Notes under the pieces: model-generated | Database searches by the model: none | Seen by the model: the letters and a program-made list of their open reading frames with translations, nothing else | Told to the model about the DNA's origin: nothing | In this document: piece after piece, positions 23,717-36,689 of the stretch | Position numbering within the stretch: the first letter of the stretch is position 1 | Layout: each line of letters starts with the position of its first letter | From: Neoechinorhynchus agilis | Taxonomy: Eukaryota > Animalia > Acanthocephala | Direction of reading: 5' to 3' | Length of the DNA stretch: 64,000 nucleotides | NCBI GenBank assembly: GCA_051530055.1 | Contig: CM121342.1 | Coordinates: forward strand, 8,217,412 to 8,281,411 | Position numbers and translations under genes: made by a program

Positions 23717-26544
23717 ATGGACACAAGTGTTTGTGCAGCCAGTAATATCTCTAAATAATACCCGAACCCCCTCGCTCCACTTGGGACTTAACCATTTCAA
23801 CAAACCAATGCTGCCCGATATCCGAGGGTCTCAACACATAATTGCCCGGTTTGTGACAAGCAGATGAAAATTACGAAATCGGGAGAATTTTGGAATCACT
23901 GCCCAAGGGATTCCCAATGTGTTGGTTCCGGCCTTCTGCCGGCAAACTCAGCTCCTCAGCTCAATGAACCTCGTCAAAACATCCAAAACATCGTACATTG
24001 CACCCCTTCGTTGTTGGAGATCGTGCGCGTTTTGCCCAGAAACATCCAGAAACGGATCCCGGAGGACGCTCAATTTCAGGTAGCGAAGAGGTATTCAGCT
24101 GAGCGACTGTCTCGAGACAAATACCGAAATATCTTGTACAGGCCTTTTCGCATTCCCGAGAGTGGTACTTTGTGCTGGAGTAAAATCTGACGAGTCCCTT
24201 GTTACCCTCATCAAAAACCGGGTGTCCTCCTTCGACAATCCGTTCGGAGAGGTCCTACGCAAAGCTCGCGTTTTTTAGGAAAGATTTTTCAAAGCTACCG
24301 AATCCGAGCCGAGTTTCGACCCGTTCAATGAACCAGAGACTGTCTTCTAAACTCGCCGATGGTGATGTGAGAGGCGCAGTTCGTATTCTATCATCCACCA
24401 ACGAATTCGCAAGAGATGATACGAAAACTGACGAACTTCTCAGAGATAAACATCCTCGATCCGCTGGTCATCTAGAATATTCGTAGATGATCCCCTCGTG
24501 CACCCCGTTGGAGTTTTCGGTTGATGTTGCTAAAAAAAGCCGTTTCTTCGTTCGAAAATGGGTCAGCACATTGGCTCGACGGACTTCGGCCTCAGCACTT
24601 AAAGGACATGATGTCCTTCTCCGTAGGTGATCCATCCAATGTTCTCCTGAACGCCTTGACTCGGTTAGTCGGCGTTTTCTCTGGAGACAACCTGTCTCCC
24701 ATAGTGATCGAATTCTTTTTTGGCGCTTCCTTCTGCGCTTTATAAAAGAAGGACGGTGGGATTCGTCCCATCGCTATTGGCTCTACATTGAGACGACTAG
24801 CAGGGAAAGTGATTTCTAGGCGAGTCTTAGAAAATGTTGCTGAAATTCTTCGTCCAGTTCAACTAGGTTGCTGCACACCTTGCGGGGCGGAAGCCATGGT
24901 CGACGCACTCCGTACATTTGTTATTGAGAACGTCAAACCGTGTTTGATCCTAAAATTAGGTTTCTCGGAACGCCTTCAATTCCGTTAATCGCGACTCTCT
25001 CTCTTAAAAGATGTCAGAGATCACGTGCCGGAGGCTTACGGGTATTTTAGAAATTCGTACTGAGCTGCGACCCCTCTTGTATTCAACGATCAAATCATTC
25101 CTTCCGATTGAGGCGTTCAGCAGGGAAACCCATTAGGCCCCATTGGTTTCGCGCTCACAATAAACGAATTAGCGCATTCTCTTGATGCCGAATTCAATGC
25201 CTGGTACCCGGACGATGCTACGCTGGGAGGCGATGCCCAGGTAGTTGTCCGTGACCTGGAGAAAATCAAGATGGGGGCAAGCAAACTGGGCATTGAATTG
25301 AACACAGAAAAGTGCGAAATTCTATTCTGTAACATAGAGACGGGCCCTGCAGAAGACGTAATAAATTGCGACTTTGAAAATGTTGCACCCGGGATAGAAA
25401 TGATCGACCTTGACCGGCTTAAGCTTTTGGACAGTTTCGTATTTGATGGGAATGTAGAGAACGAAATTAACAGCCTTCTAACCGTTTTTCAAGCACAAGG
25501 TTCAGCTTGGAAAGCGGAATAACAGATTGAAGGACTGTCTCGAGCAAGTTTTAAATGTCCAGCTGTCAGAAGGGGCATGGCAACAAGCATCCTTGCCTGT
25601 ATCTTCTGGCGGGTTGGGCATCCGGAAAACAGCAGACATATCCCTGCCCGCATTTTTAGGCTCCTACGAGGGAAGCAGAAGCGCAGTTCAGCGCATTTTG
25701 AAATTTACTTATCATTTTGATAGGCATTTTGAAGAGGGAATCAGTGAGTGGTGTACACTGATCAACTCCGATCAAGTACCTGCGAATGGTCAAACACAAT
25801 CTGTGTGGGATCGACCTCTCATCGCAAGAGTTCAAAGCTCTCTCTCTTATCAGACTCAAGCGACGACGTTGTCCGTGCCAGGTTGTTGGCAGTCTCCACT
25901 AGAGAATCCACGGTCCCGCTGGCATCCGAGGGTACTATCCGACGAGGCAAAACGGGTCGGAGTTTCAATGAGACTGGGACTACCGATGTGTCATCCCCAC
26001 CGATGCCGCTGCGGTACAAATATGGATTCGTCGGGACGTCATGGTCTCATCTGTAGAAATTCAGCCGGCAGATTTGCAAGACATGCCGAAATTGACATGG
26101 TGCTGAGCCGGGCCCTTGTTATGTGGTACATGCCCCCAATATTTTGGAACCAGTAAACCTCTGTAGGGACGACGGACGTAGACCTGATAAGGTGACCGTA
26201 TTTCCGTGGCGGGAGGGTAAATGCCTCTTCTGGGACGCCAATTGTGTCGTTGCACTCGCGGTCTCAAGCTGGAGGTGCCGTGAGCGCTGCGGAAGGACGG
26301 AAAACGGCAAAATACCTCGATTTAGCCCGGACCCATGTGTTTGTGCCTTTTGGGGTTGAGACATACGGATCTCTTGATAGCAAGGCTCTTCAACTTCTGA
26401 AGGATCTGAAGCGACGCCAGGTCAATACCTGGTTCAAAATTTCAGCATCGCCGTGTTGAGAGGCAACACTTCAAGCATTCGGGCGACAATTGAGGACGAG
26501 GACGGCTAGGCATATAACAGCTTGTGAGCGAGCGCTGAAATAAA
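23717..26544 (+). mobile_element. Near full-length CRE-clade RLE retrotransposon (family A), decayed
   Basis: N-terminal CPVC...NHCPR..CVGSG; SKLADGDVRGAVRILSS...KHP; LDGLRPQHLKD; KKDGGIRPIAIG.TLRRLAGK; QQGNPLGP; AWYPDD; ASLPVSSGGLGIR; CHPHRCRCG; RLE; 5' boundary approximate. Confidence 0.93.
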
Positions 26545-26644
26545 TACATTTGATTATTAAAAAACAATTCAGCAGGAATTTAAACACATTCGAAACTGTG
26601 AAGCAGACAATTGTATGGAAATTTTTAATGCTACTGATGGGCGA

Positions 26645-26715
26645 GCATTGGTGGTTCAGTGGTAGAATTCTCGCCTGCCACGCGGGAGACCCGGGTTCGA
26701 TTCCCGGCCAATGCA
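26645..26715 (+). tRNA. trnG-GCC: tRNA-Gly (GCC)
   Basis: Identical to 587-657; T5 terminator at 26762-26766. Confidence 0.97.
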
Positions 26716-27142
26716 ACAGGCGATTGAACGCCGACAAACGTTCTCGGCAAGGCTGCACTTCTTTTTACCCCTAAAATTCGGCAGCAATCAATTCTTCTAA
26801 AATACATAATAAAATCATGCCGACACGGACTTATGTTCACTAAGTCAACAATAAAATTATTCTTTTAGCAGCGCAGCGATCCAACGCCGATATGCCGCAG
26901 GCGCTAAAGGGAGAGAACTCACACGGATGGCCATCTTCTCCTCGGGATGCATCAGATTATCTGAAGGCGTTTAAAAATTCATATCTTCCCGGATCAAAGA
27001 TAACACAAAATGGAATAATTTGCTCTTCGGGATTCTCCGTGCTCTGACGATGTCAAAGGTGAAACCTTCCTCGTTAACAACGGCGTCGACATTGAGAATC
27101 GGAATCGATGTCTCGATGATGAACGTCTTTTAAAGATTCGAT

Positions 27143-27214
27143 CTCGGTGTCGGGGAATCGAACCCCGGTCACCCGCGTGACAGGCGGGTATACTCACCAC
27201 TATACTAACACCGA
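27143..27214 (-). tRNA. trnD-GTC: tRNA-Asp (GTC)
   Basis: Identical to 1085-1156. Confidence 0.95.
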
Positions 27215-27532
27215 CGCTTAAAATTTCATCCACGGATATTGGAAAATCAAATCCGATTTATCGGAATCTTATCTCTCTTATTGTAAATCTCCAAATGCCT
27301 CCAGCTCTATCTCGCCTAAAATTAACTAAAATACATCATCTCTGAAAAATGGCCGGGATAATCAATGCCAGTTTTATAATGAAACGTTTTAAATCACCAA
27401 AAACCAAAAACGTCTGGATTTTCCAAAAAGAAACTTAATAGATTTTGAAGAATTGATGGAAAATGAGTACACGTTTTCGAAAATCAAAATTATTGACCAA
27501 CAAAAAACGATACTCAAGATAAATAAATTTAA

Positions 27533-29093
27533 AGGCAGCTAAAGTTCTATGTAAACGAATCACAGACAAGGTAGGCGCACAATTTCGACCTGTACAACTT
27601 GGTTGCTGTACCTCGTGTGGTACCAAGGCGATCGTTCATGCTCTTCGTAATTATATTGAAAATTCGACTTCGCCAAGTGTTGTGCTTAAACTCGACTTTA
27701 AAAACGCGTTCAACTCATTGAATCGACGTTCCCTCCTAAATAGGATAATCGAAAACGTACCGGATATTTTCCCGTACTTTCAAACAGCTTACGGCTCAAA
27801 GACGCCTCTAATATATGAGAATAATATAATATGGTCGGAGTCCGGAGTTCAGCATGGAGACCCCCTGGGCCCGATCGGTTTCTCAGTCGCAGTTAATCAC
27901 GTTGCTAAATCTTTAAAGTCCAAATTCAATGCTTGGTATCTCGACGACGGAACTTTGGGAGACTATCCAGCAATAGTTCTGGACGATTTTAAAATATTCG
28001 TAGAAAAAACCAAAGAACTGGGGTTGCAACTCAATTTCGCAAAGTGCCAAATTCTGCTGCTAAACATGAAGGAAAAAGACGAGTCAATTATATTGGATGA
28101 GTTTTCATCGGTTGCACCAGGAATAGAAGCCATTAATCTTAGAAAGCTTCGTCTATTGGGATCTTGCGTGATTAAGGAGAATCTGCCAAAGGATATTGAA
28201 ATGACCGCTTCATAGCTAAAGCTGATATGCAAGAGAACATAGGAATTGAAGAGCCATGAAGCAATCTTCTTGATTAAGAACTGCCTCTTCTTGCCTAAGC
28301 TCCTCCACAAGCTAAGGACTGTTCTTGCCTTCGACAACACGGACGACCTCGATAAATTGAACTGCCTATTGCGCGGTGAGCTGGAGAAAACGCTTAACAT
28401 CGCCTTTGACGTTACATCGTGGAGACAAGCTACATTACCGACATTAAGTGGGGGGTTCCGGACTACGACAGACTAAAGATGTCACTTTACCGGCTTTCCT
28501 TGCCTCCATTTGTGCTAGTCTTAAGTACTCAACTAATATTTTTCCTGAGGTCAACGCGGAGCATTTCGATCGAGCTTTTGTGAAGTGGACAACATTAAGC
28601 GGGCAAACACAGATACCTAGAGAAAGCAACAAACAGCAAGCGTAAGATTCTCCACTCGTTCATCGGGTTCAATCTCAATTACAAGACCAGATGGATGAAG
28701 TGGCTAGGGTTCGTCTCGCTGCTTGTTCGACAAAGCAATCTGGAGCCTGGCTTGATGCTATACCATCCTCAAATTTGAGCACTTTGCTCGATGATGAGAC
28801 CTTCAAATTCGGAATGAACATTTGGGTCGCTCATAAATGTCGATGTGATGTCACGGTGGACAATAAGGGACAACACGGTCTCTCATGTAAGCGATCCGCA
28901 GGACGTTTTCCCCGCTATGCTGAAATCAATGCTATCATAAGTCGAGCGCTGAGATCGATTCAGGTGTCCTGCATCCTGGAGCAAAATAATCTCTGCCGCT
29001 CAGACGGGAAACGTCCTGACGGGGTAACGGTCTTTCCCTGGTCACGTGGCAGATTCTTTATATGGGACGCAACATGCGTCGATACGCTGGCAA
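27533..29093 (+). mobile_element. CRE-clade fragment (family B), duplicate copy
   Basis: Same ORFs as 1475-3035. Confidence 0.93.
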
Positions 29094-30051
29094 AGGAAAA
29101 TCGAAAGTTTGATTAAACGCTCAAGACACTTGACTGAACCAATGGCGAATAATTTTGCCTACACGCATTGCTAAAAAGCCAGGAAAGTTATTCTATAGCC
29201 TAAATATTGATTATAACCATTGAAGCAACATTTAAATTAGTTATTTTTTAACAAAATTCTTACCTATAACGTTTTTAGAATACTATAAGCAAACGATTCC
29301 AGTAATACGAAATACAGATTGGTTAAAATGTGAACCGATAAACTTTCTTGGTTCCGAATGTGATTTATAAAATATATTTATGAACTTATCAGAATTGTGC
29401 GAGAGAGGAATATAATGAATGCATCCTTTTTTACGCCAGAATTTAAAAGGATATCTCATGGGAAAATTCCCGCGCTGGAACCCAACGAATTCAGGGGGGT
29501 TAATATACTTATTAGTCGAAGTAAAAGACTGAAGTATTCGAGTTAAATTCGACATTCAATCTTACTCATTCTGCCTCCATCAACTTCCAACGAGACTTAG
29601 GTATAAATACATTTTTGTCCAATACTTTTTCTGTATACCTGTCAACTCTGACAAGTTCAAAATAACACATAGCTATTTCCTTGTTCTTAACAAATCCATC
29701 CGTATTTTTAACCGCATTGACGATACGCGTCCTTTTTTTGTATTAAAAAGGCCAATATTGACATAGAAAAATTTCTTTCCATAAAGCCTATAGGCTTCAA
29801 GAAAATCTCTCCAGCGAATAGAAGTACGCGCAATTTCCTCGGCCACTTCCGATGCATCCGTGATAACACAAATACAAATACGACAGCGTATAAAATATTT
29901 TCCTGGCATTGAATAACCTGAAAGCGGATTATATCCTTTTAAATGTACGGACGGCAAGTTATTTCAAGAATTATTGACATGATCACTCGTTCTAGAAATT
30001 TCTTCTCGAACATCCGACTGAATCCGCAATCAACATCGACGAACAAGCCTA
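29094..30051 (-). repeat. Orphan coding unit, copy 2 of 3 (frameshifted)
   Basis: Same as 3036-3993. Confidence 0.9.
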
Positions 30052-30350
30052 TGCTTAGCTTTCTCGTTATCGGATCTTTCTTCAGTACAACTATTGAAGA
30101 CAATGAATTGTATTAATAAAAAATGTGACAATATTCTCTTTCATCTAAGATGCGTACACTTAGAATTTGTTTTTTTAGTGCGTTTATAAACAGTCGGCCT
30201 TTTTTACAAAAATAAAAATCGCATTAATGTTTGGAATTAGAAGGTGACACATTTGTGCCATTATTTATTATATAACTTTGTTATCAAATTCTATGGAGGG
30301 AACGTGACACATTCATCGTTCATATTTATTTAAACCGAACGTAAGTTTGT

Positions 30351-32366
30351 TTAAAGCTCAACGCGTTTAAATATTGGATATAATATATCACACGCCTTCG
30401 ACAGTTCATCGTAATTTCTGCCATTCATTACTATCTTTCCTGTTGTATAAGCCTCAATCTTAACATCGATTCCTTCTATGGCTACATTTGCCCCATGGGA
30501 AATTTCCGGCTCGTAAAAGAATTTGCTTAGCTTTCTCGTTATCGGATCTTTCTTCGCCCATAAATTGAGCAAACGATACATATCGATTTTAAACCGAAAA
30601 TCGGTTTTAGCTTGAATCTTCTTCAAACTATATTCTCGAATTTGAGTCTCCTTCACTCCCGCTTCTGCAAGGCGACGAACTGCATCTTCGGCCAATTCAC
30701 GGGTCTGATCGATGGTTCCTGAACAATAGACAACAGCTCGACCAAATCGGTAAAATGTGACTTTACCCGGGGGAGCGTAATGCATTAATATTAAAATCTT
30801 TCCATGCTCGTCTGTTTTGGCATAACTAATTTTTTTGACGAGTTCACGAACGTTGAGCTCACCGACGATATGGAAAGTGGCGACGATGTTATAGACAACT
30901 ATTTGAAATTTTGAAGATTCTTGATTAACTGCCTGTGATTTGTTATCGAGTTGACCTTCTGATTCAGTTCCGGGCTTTTGAAGTGAACATCGTCTTTTCC
31001 TCTCTTTGTTAATCAAATGAATATTTCGTTGTTTCGCTCTTGTATCTGAAAAATTTTGATTTTTCGTCGGGTCCCCATGAACTTCATATTTACATTCAAG
31101 ATTGGGCATTGATTGAACCGAATGTCTTCTCGGAATTTCGGGAACCATATCGCGATATTCGTGCAATATAAATTCGCCACTTGAAATCAACTTGCTGGGG
31201 TCAAAGATTCTACTTGTTATTAATTGCTGATCAGTGTAAGTATTTGGTACTGAATCGATTTGTGTTGACTTTACTTTATGACTTAAACAAGTTATTGAAG
31301 GTGTGCTTTGTCGTGATAAAGAGCTGAGCTGGCGAATTCGACTAGAATAATTCGTAGTGGGTTCATGTACTTGATCTTGATTTAAATTGGATAAATGTCT
31401 ATTTGGCGCACTAAGAAATTGAGATGGCAATTGTTGCCGACTGAAATGTCGAGCTAATCCAAGATATTGATTGACGGATAGTCTGCTTGGTGGATGAACT
31501 ATTTGTTGAGATCGTTGTTGGGAGGGATGAATTTGGTGTTGATCGACCGCATGTGGATTTCTGTACGAATCAACTAATGAATTAGTTCTTTTATGTAAAT
31601 GTTGTTGTGGCTGTGTTGGTCGAGAATGAATCCTGTTTGAAATATTTGAGCATCTACTAGCCATGTACTGATTATACAAATCAGGTTCTGAAATCGGACA
31701 ATTCGGCTGCTGTGAATGTCGTGACTGGAGTGGGCGTTCTATCGATTGGCTTTCCAGTTCTTGGCGCTGATCTGATCCACTTGGATTGGGCAAATTCGAT
31801 AAAACCGTAAAGTCATTTGGATGAAGTCGCTGATTTGGATACAAAGGCTGTACATAAACGAACTGTGATGGCAATTGTTGCCGACTGAAATGTCGAGCTA
31901 ATCCAGGATATTGATTGACGGATAGTCTGCTAGGTGGATGAACTATTTGTTGAGATCGTTGTTGGGAAGGATGAATTTGGTGTTGATCGACCGCATGTGG
32001 ATTTCTATACGAATCAACTAATGAATTAGTTCTTTTATGTAAATGTTGTTGTGGCTGTGTTGGTCGAGAATGAATCCTGTTTGAAATATTTGAGCATCTA
32101 CTAGCCATGTACTGATTGTACAAATCAGGTTCTGAAATCGGACAATTCGGCTGTTGTGAATGTCGTGACTGGATTGGGCGTTCTATCGATTGGCTTATCC
32201 TTTCTTGGCGTTGTAACGATGCACGTGCATTGGGCCAATTAGATAAACCCGTAAAGTCATTTAGATGAAGTCGCTGATTTGGATTTGCTGATGTCATTCG
32301 AATTGTTCGTGGTCTGTTGTCCCATGAACGTACTTTAAGTTTTGGTCGTTTGTTTCCGTCGTTCAT
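30351..32366 (-). CDS. Divergent TBP-related factor (TRF/TBPL-like), ~671 aa, Q/S/P-rich duplicated N-terminus, intronless
   Basis: The C-terminal ~185 aa follow both TBP repeats: YNIVAT..ELNV, VTFYRFG, KIQAKTDFRFKIDM, FYEPEISHG, IEAYTTGKIVMNG, ILYPIF. First ATG is at 32366. Confidence 0.85.
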   Translation of the reverse strand: MNDGNKRPKLKVRSWDNRPRTIRMTSANPNQRLHLNDFTGLSNWPNARASLQRQERISQSIERPIQSRHSQQPNCPISEPDLYNQYMASRCSNISNRIHSRPTQPQQHLHKRTNSLVDSYRNPHAVDQHQIHPSQQRSQQIVHPPSRLSVNQYPGLARHFSRQQLPSQFVYVQPLYPNQRLHPNDFTVLSNLPNPSGSDQRQELESQSIERPLQSRHSQQPNCPISEPDLYNQYMASRCSNISNRIHSRPTQPQQHLHKRTNSLVDSYRNPHAVDQHQIHPSQQRSQQIVHPPSRLSVNQYLGLARHFSRQQLPSQFLSAPNRHLSNLNQDQVHEPTTNYSSRIRQLSSLSRQSTPSITCLSHKVKSTQIDSVPNTYTDQQLITSRIFDPSKLISSGEFILHEYRDMVPEIPRRHSVQSMPNLECKYEVHGDPTKNQNFSDTRAKQRNIHLINKERKRRCSLQKPGTESEGQLDNKSQAVNQESSKFQIVVYNIVATFHIVGELNVRELVKKISYAKTDEHGKILILMHYAPPGKVTFYRFGRAVVYCSGTIDQTRELAEDAVRRLAEAGVKETQIREYSLKKIQAKTDFRFKIDMYRLLNLWAKKDPITRKLSKFFYEPEISHGANVAIEGIDVKIEAYTTGKIVMNGRNYDELSKACDILYPIFKRVEL
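31423..32283. repeat. In-frame 444-bp-period tandem duplication inside the TRF N-terminus
   Basis: 31423-31839 matches 31867-32283 with few substitutions; the peptide repeat NQRLH..DFT...QQLPSQF occurs twice. Confidence 0.95.
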
Positions 32367-33734
32367 TTCGATTGCAATAGTGTAATAACCTTCTATAGAA
32401 AGTGAGAACAAAAGGCGATGAAATATTGAAAGTGTAAGCGTTTTGGTAGACACGATAAACAGTATAAAGTTATTTGCCAGTCACTCATTGGCTCTTTTTC
32501 TTAATTAATTTAGCCCTAATGAAACACGTGATCTAAATTGACAAATAAAATAGTTAAGGCATTTTTAACTGATTTTGATTAGATCAGATCCTTTCAACGT
32601 CGTGCACAAGTATTTTAAAGTGTAACCTTGAATGACGCTAATTTTTCAGCAAATCTACCGTTGCGCAATGAAAATAAACGACTTTTGTTTTGGTGCAAAT
32701 GAATTTGATTGTATTTTTACAACCATAATTAAAGCAACGGGGGAAAAAGTCAATGAAAGCACTTGAAAGTTTTGATCAATTCTTTGAAAATTAAGATGAA
32801 TTTATTTTTCGAATTAGAAAAAATCAAGAATTTTTTACTTCGTAAAAATGTTTTGATGTTTATTTTTCGCAAATTCAGTCATTTTAGATTTTGTGCCGAT
32901 GGTTAGGATTTAAGAGATTTCAACAACATTTGCATAAAACGTGGAATAAAGTTTAATCGAAATTGATTTTCAAACGAAAATATTCTCTTGGAGCCAGGTA
33001 GCTCCATAAACTTAAATACATGTTATTTGAAGTGTGCTACAAGCCATATTTAGTGTGATTTAATTGTCAAAAAACTATAACGACTTGTAGTTATTTTTAA
33101 CGAAAGTCTTTTTCGTATTCGTAGAATAAGGAACGTTTTCAACCCTTTGTGCCAAATTCTTTGTTCACAACAACATCTCCAAATATTTACCGTTCTCACT
33201 CACCTCTATTTAGTAATACCGATTCCTTTTTATCTTGGAAACCGCGAAAATGTTAACCGCTCGTTATTCCGCAATCGTTCGCCATGAAAAGTTTCTCTAT
33301 GATTTAGATAAGCACAATTTTTACCTCAATTTTTCATCAACCTCCGGGTTTTTCCATCTTACGCTTTTTTGTAAAATTGCATTTCTGTAGCAGTCCACGA
33401 TGATGCCTTTAATAGGACGAATCTGCATCAACTTTATTGATTGTTCCCGGAGAAACATTTCCAATCGCTAATCGCCATACCTTGATGATCCCTTTTTGTA
33501 AAATATGACTGACTAAATAATTTTAAGTGTTGTTATTTTGTTCGCAAACACAACCCTTTAATGTATTCGATTGGACAATCTAAATTTTGAATCTCGTTCA
33601 ACTTCAAAATGTGGAACTTATTCGAATAAAAATCGGAAATAATCGCTTGCTAATTGTCTGAGGCAAGTTGCTCTTTATAAAGATGATAAATACGAGCGAC
33701 GGTCGCAGAGACCTAAAATGCAAAGCAGGCGAAA

Positions 33735-34300
33735 TTTCTGAAGATATTTTCCAAAATATTCAATGACAGAAATCTTTATAAGAAATGTTGATGAAATCGA
33801 TTGGTCTTAATAAACGGAAAAATTAGTTTTGCCATTCGTTTTGTTCGGCTCATTTTTATCTTCGGTTACTTCTCTACCTTTTTCGTCGGTTGTTCCGTTA
33901 TCTTGTTCAGTTAATTACTCTCGGAAAATAAAGACTACTATTTATAAAAACTAATGAAGGTTAATAGTTTATTTTTATACTTACCTCCGAGAACTTTCGC
34001 CCAAAATTACTATAAATGTGAAAAACTTAAGAATCGAGAAACGTAGGTGTTTAATTTCCAGTCTTAAATATTTTTAGACGAACTTCAAAAATTAAATTAA
34101 GAATAATTAGGTAACTACTTTGTTATTGGCTCTATTTCTAAAGATATTTTCCAAAATATTCCATGAGAGAAATCCCTTTAGGAAATGTTGACGAAATCAT
34201 TTTGTCTAAATAGAAGGCAAAATTATCTTTGCCTTTATTTTATTCGGCTTATTTTTATCTTCGATGGAATCTTCACCTTTTTCGTCGGTTCTACCGTTTT
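33735..34300. repeat. Diverged ~165-bp direct repeat pair
   Basis: agatattttccaaaatatt...aaatgttga.gaaatc...ttcggct.atttttatcttcg...ccttttcgtcggtt at ~33735-33900 and ~34134-34300. Confidence 0.75.
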
Positions 34301-35906
34301 ATTATTTCTTTCTATATTGTATTGCTCTCAGATGGTTTTTTCGTCGCTTACGCATATTTGTTCAGGTAGTCGAACAAATACTCAATTCGAATATTCAAAT
34401 CGATAATTCTATTTGAGTAATGCGTGATCGATTGAACAGAAAAGTATTGTTAGCAGTTCACCGAAGCCTTATCTTCGGGTGCAAGGAAAAATTCTAAAGG
34501 ACTCCTTGAACCGATTAATTGTTGATAAAATCGATGTTCGATCGTTCGATGAAATGCTTACTTCGGCTTTGAGGTTTCTTAACGACTGTTATAAGAATAA
34601 GGTTCCCTCTCGCCTCTGCTTTTGTAGGAAACTCGCAATCGAGGACAAAGTGTTTCATTGATAAGATTTTCAATGTCGATTGGGATTTTTAGCCCATCAA
34701 TGATATTTTCTCCGTTCTAAAAGTCAACTACTGTAATGCTCTTTAAAGAAGCCTAAATCACTCGTTAAGCTCATTGAACGAGTCGAAAGGACGAGGATAA
34801 ATGAAATGTTGGCTACCAGTATCACCAAGACTTCAGCAGTTATGATGTCCTAAATAAATCATTGATATTATCTCTAAAATAAAATGTAGATCCTAGAACG
34901 CGTTCGAGTCCAAAAATCATGAGAAACGTTAATGTCTAAAGGTTAAATAAAATGATTTCTTTAGTTTAAACATTTCTTCATAATAAAATTTATTGGTGGT
35001 TTTCAGCTTCCTAGATTTTTATACTTTTCTCAAAAAAAATTTATTTCTTTATTTTTATTTGTATCATATTTTTTAAACGGAATTATTTTACAGAATAAAT
35101 TGGTGGTATTTAGGGTCAAAACGAAGGCCAATTTCAAATACATTACTCGAGTTTTTGTGGATAATATTAGGAAAGCGAAAGGTTGAGACAATATGAGATT
35201 TGGTCGCGATAATATAATTGAAATTTCTGGGAATGCATGTCATCCGATTTTATAAAATACGCATAAAAGTTGCGCTCTTCCATGAATTCGAAACTTCATT
35301 ATATGAATGAGATCACGAATTTAAATAAATAATTCATTCAATTGGATTTGAACAAAGGTTTCTACGCTTTAGATGTAGTAATTTCATTTGAATTTCAATT
35401 CATTTTAAATTTCATTTTAATATGATTTAAAAGATATCGAAAACTTGATTGAATTCAAATCTGTTTATTACGAGGTTAACACCACGTGAACAACTTTTTA
35501 TTCTAAATATGGAGTTCCACAGTAAAACAATCCTTTTACCTTTGCAGACGATATTTTTTATTTTATGTGGTAAGACCTGGAGGAAGCAAAATTGACAACA
35601 TTTTAGGATATTTCAATGGTTTGCTTAATGCTTTTAGGGAGGCGAATTTAATCATTAATCTTGATATAACTTTTATCATCCTAGATTTGGAGCAACTTTT
35701 CTTTTAAATGCACCTTTAGGAAAATCGAAAGCTTGATTAAACGCTCAAGACACTTGAATGAACCAATGGCGAATAATTTTGCCTACACGCATTGCTAAAA
35801 AGCCAGTAAAGTTATTCTATAGCCTAAATATTGATTATAACCCTTGAAGCAACATTTAAATTAGTTATTTTTTAACAAAATTCTTACCTATAACGTTTTT
35901 AGAATA

Positions 35907-36582
35907 CTATAAGCAAACGATTCCAGTAATACGAAATACAGATTGGTTAAAATGTGAACCGATAAACTTTCTTGGTTCCGAATGTGATTTATAAAATATA
36001 TTTATGAACTTATCAGAATTGTGCGAGAGAGGAATATAATGAATGCATCCTTTTTTACGCCAGAATTTAAAAGGATATCTCATGGGAAAATTCCCGCGCT
36101 GGAACCCAACGAATTCAGGGGGGTTAATATACTTATTAGTCGAAGTAAAAGACTGAAGTATTCGAGTTAAATTCGACATTCAATCTTACTCATTCTGCCT
36201 CCATCAACTTCCAACGAGACTTAGGTATAAATACATTTTTGTCCAATACTTTTTCTGTATACCTGTCAACTCTGACAAGTTCAAAATAACACATAGCTAT
36301 TTCCTTGTTCTTAACAAATCCATCCGTATTTTTAACCGCATTGACGATACGCGTCCTTTTTTTATAGTAAAAAGGTCCAATATTTACATAGAAAAATTTC
36401 TTTCCATAAAGTCTATAGGCTTCAAGAAAATCTCTCCAGCGAATAGAAGTACGCGCAATTTCCTCGGCCACTTCCGATGCATCCGTGATAACACAAATAC
36501 AAATACGACAGCGTATAAAATATTTTCCTGGCATTGAATAACCTGAAAGCGGATTATATCCTTTTAAATGTACGGACGGCAA
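35907..36582 (-). CDS. Orphan coding unit, copy 3 (least damaged): 130-codon and 90-codon ORFs, possibly exons of one gene
   Basis: Adjacent same-strand ORFs 10 nt apart; a 37-nt GTAAG...CTTCAG segment would join them in frame; no recognisable family. Confidence 0.35.
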
Positions 36583-36689
36583 GTTATTTCAAGAATTATT
36601 GACATGATCACTCGTTCTAGAAATTTCTTCTCGAACATCCGACTGAATCCGCAATCAACATCGACGAACAAGCCTAACAGACTTAGCAT

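Larger units (their letters stand above)
26059..31076 (+). repeat. Segmental duplication, copy 2
   Basis: Near-identical to 1-5018. Confidence 0.97.
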
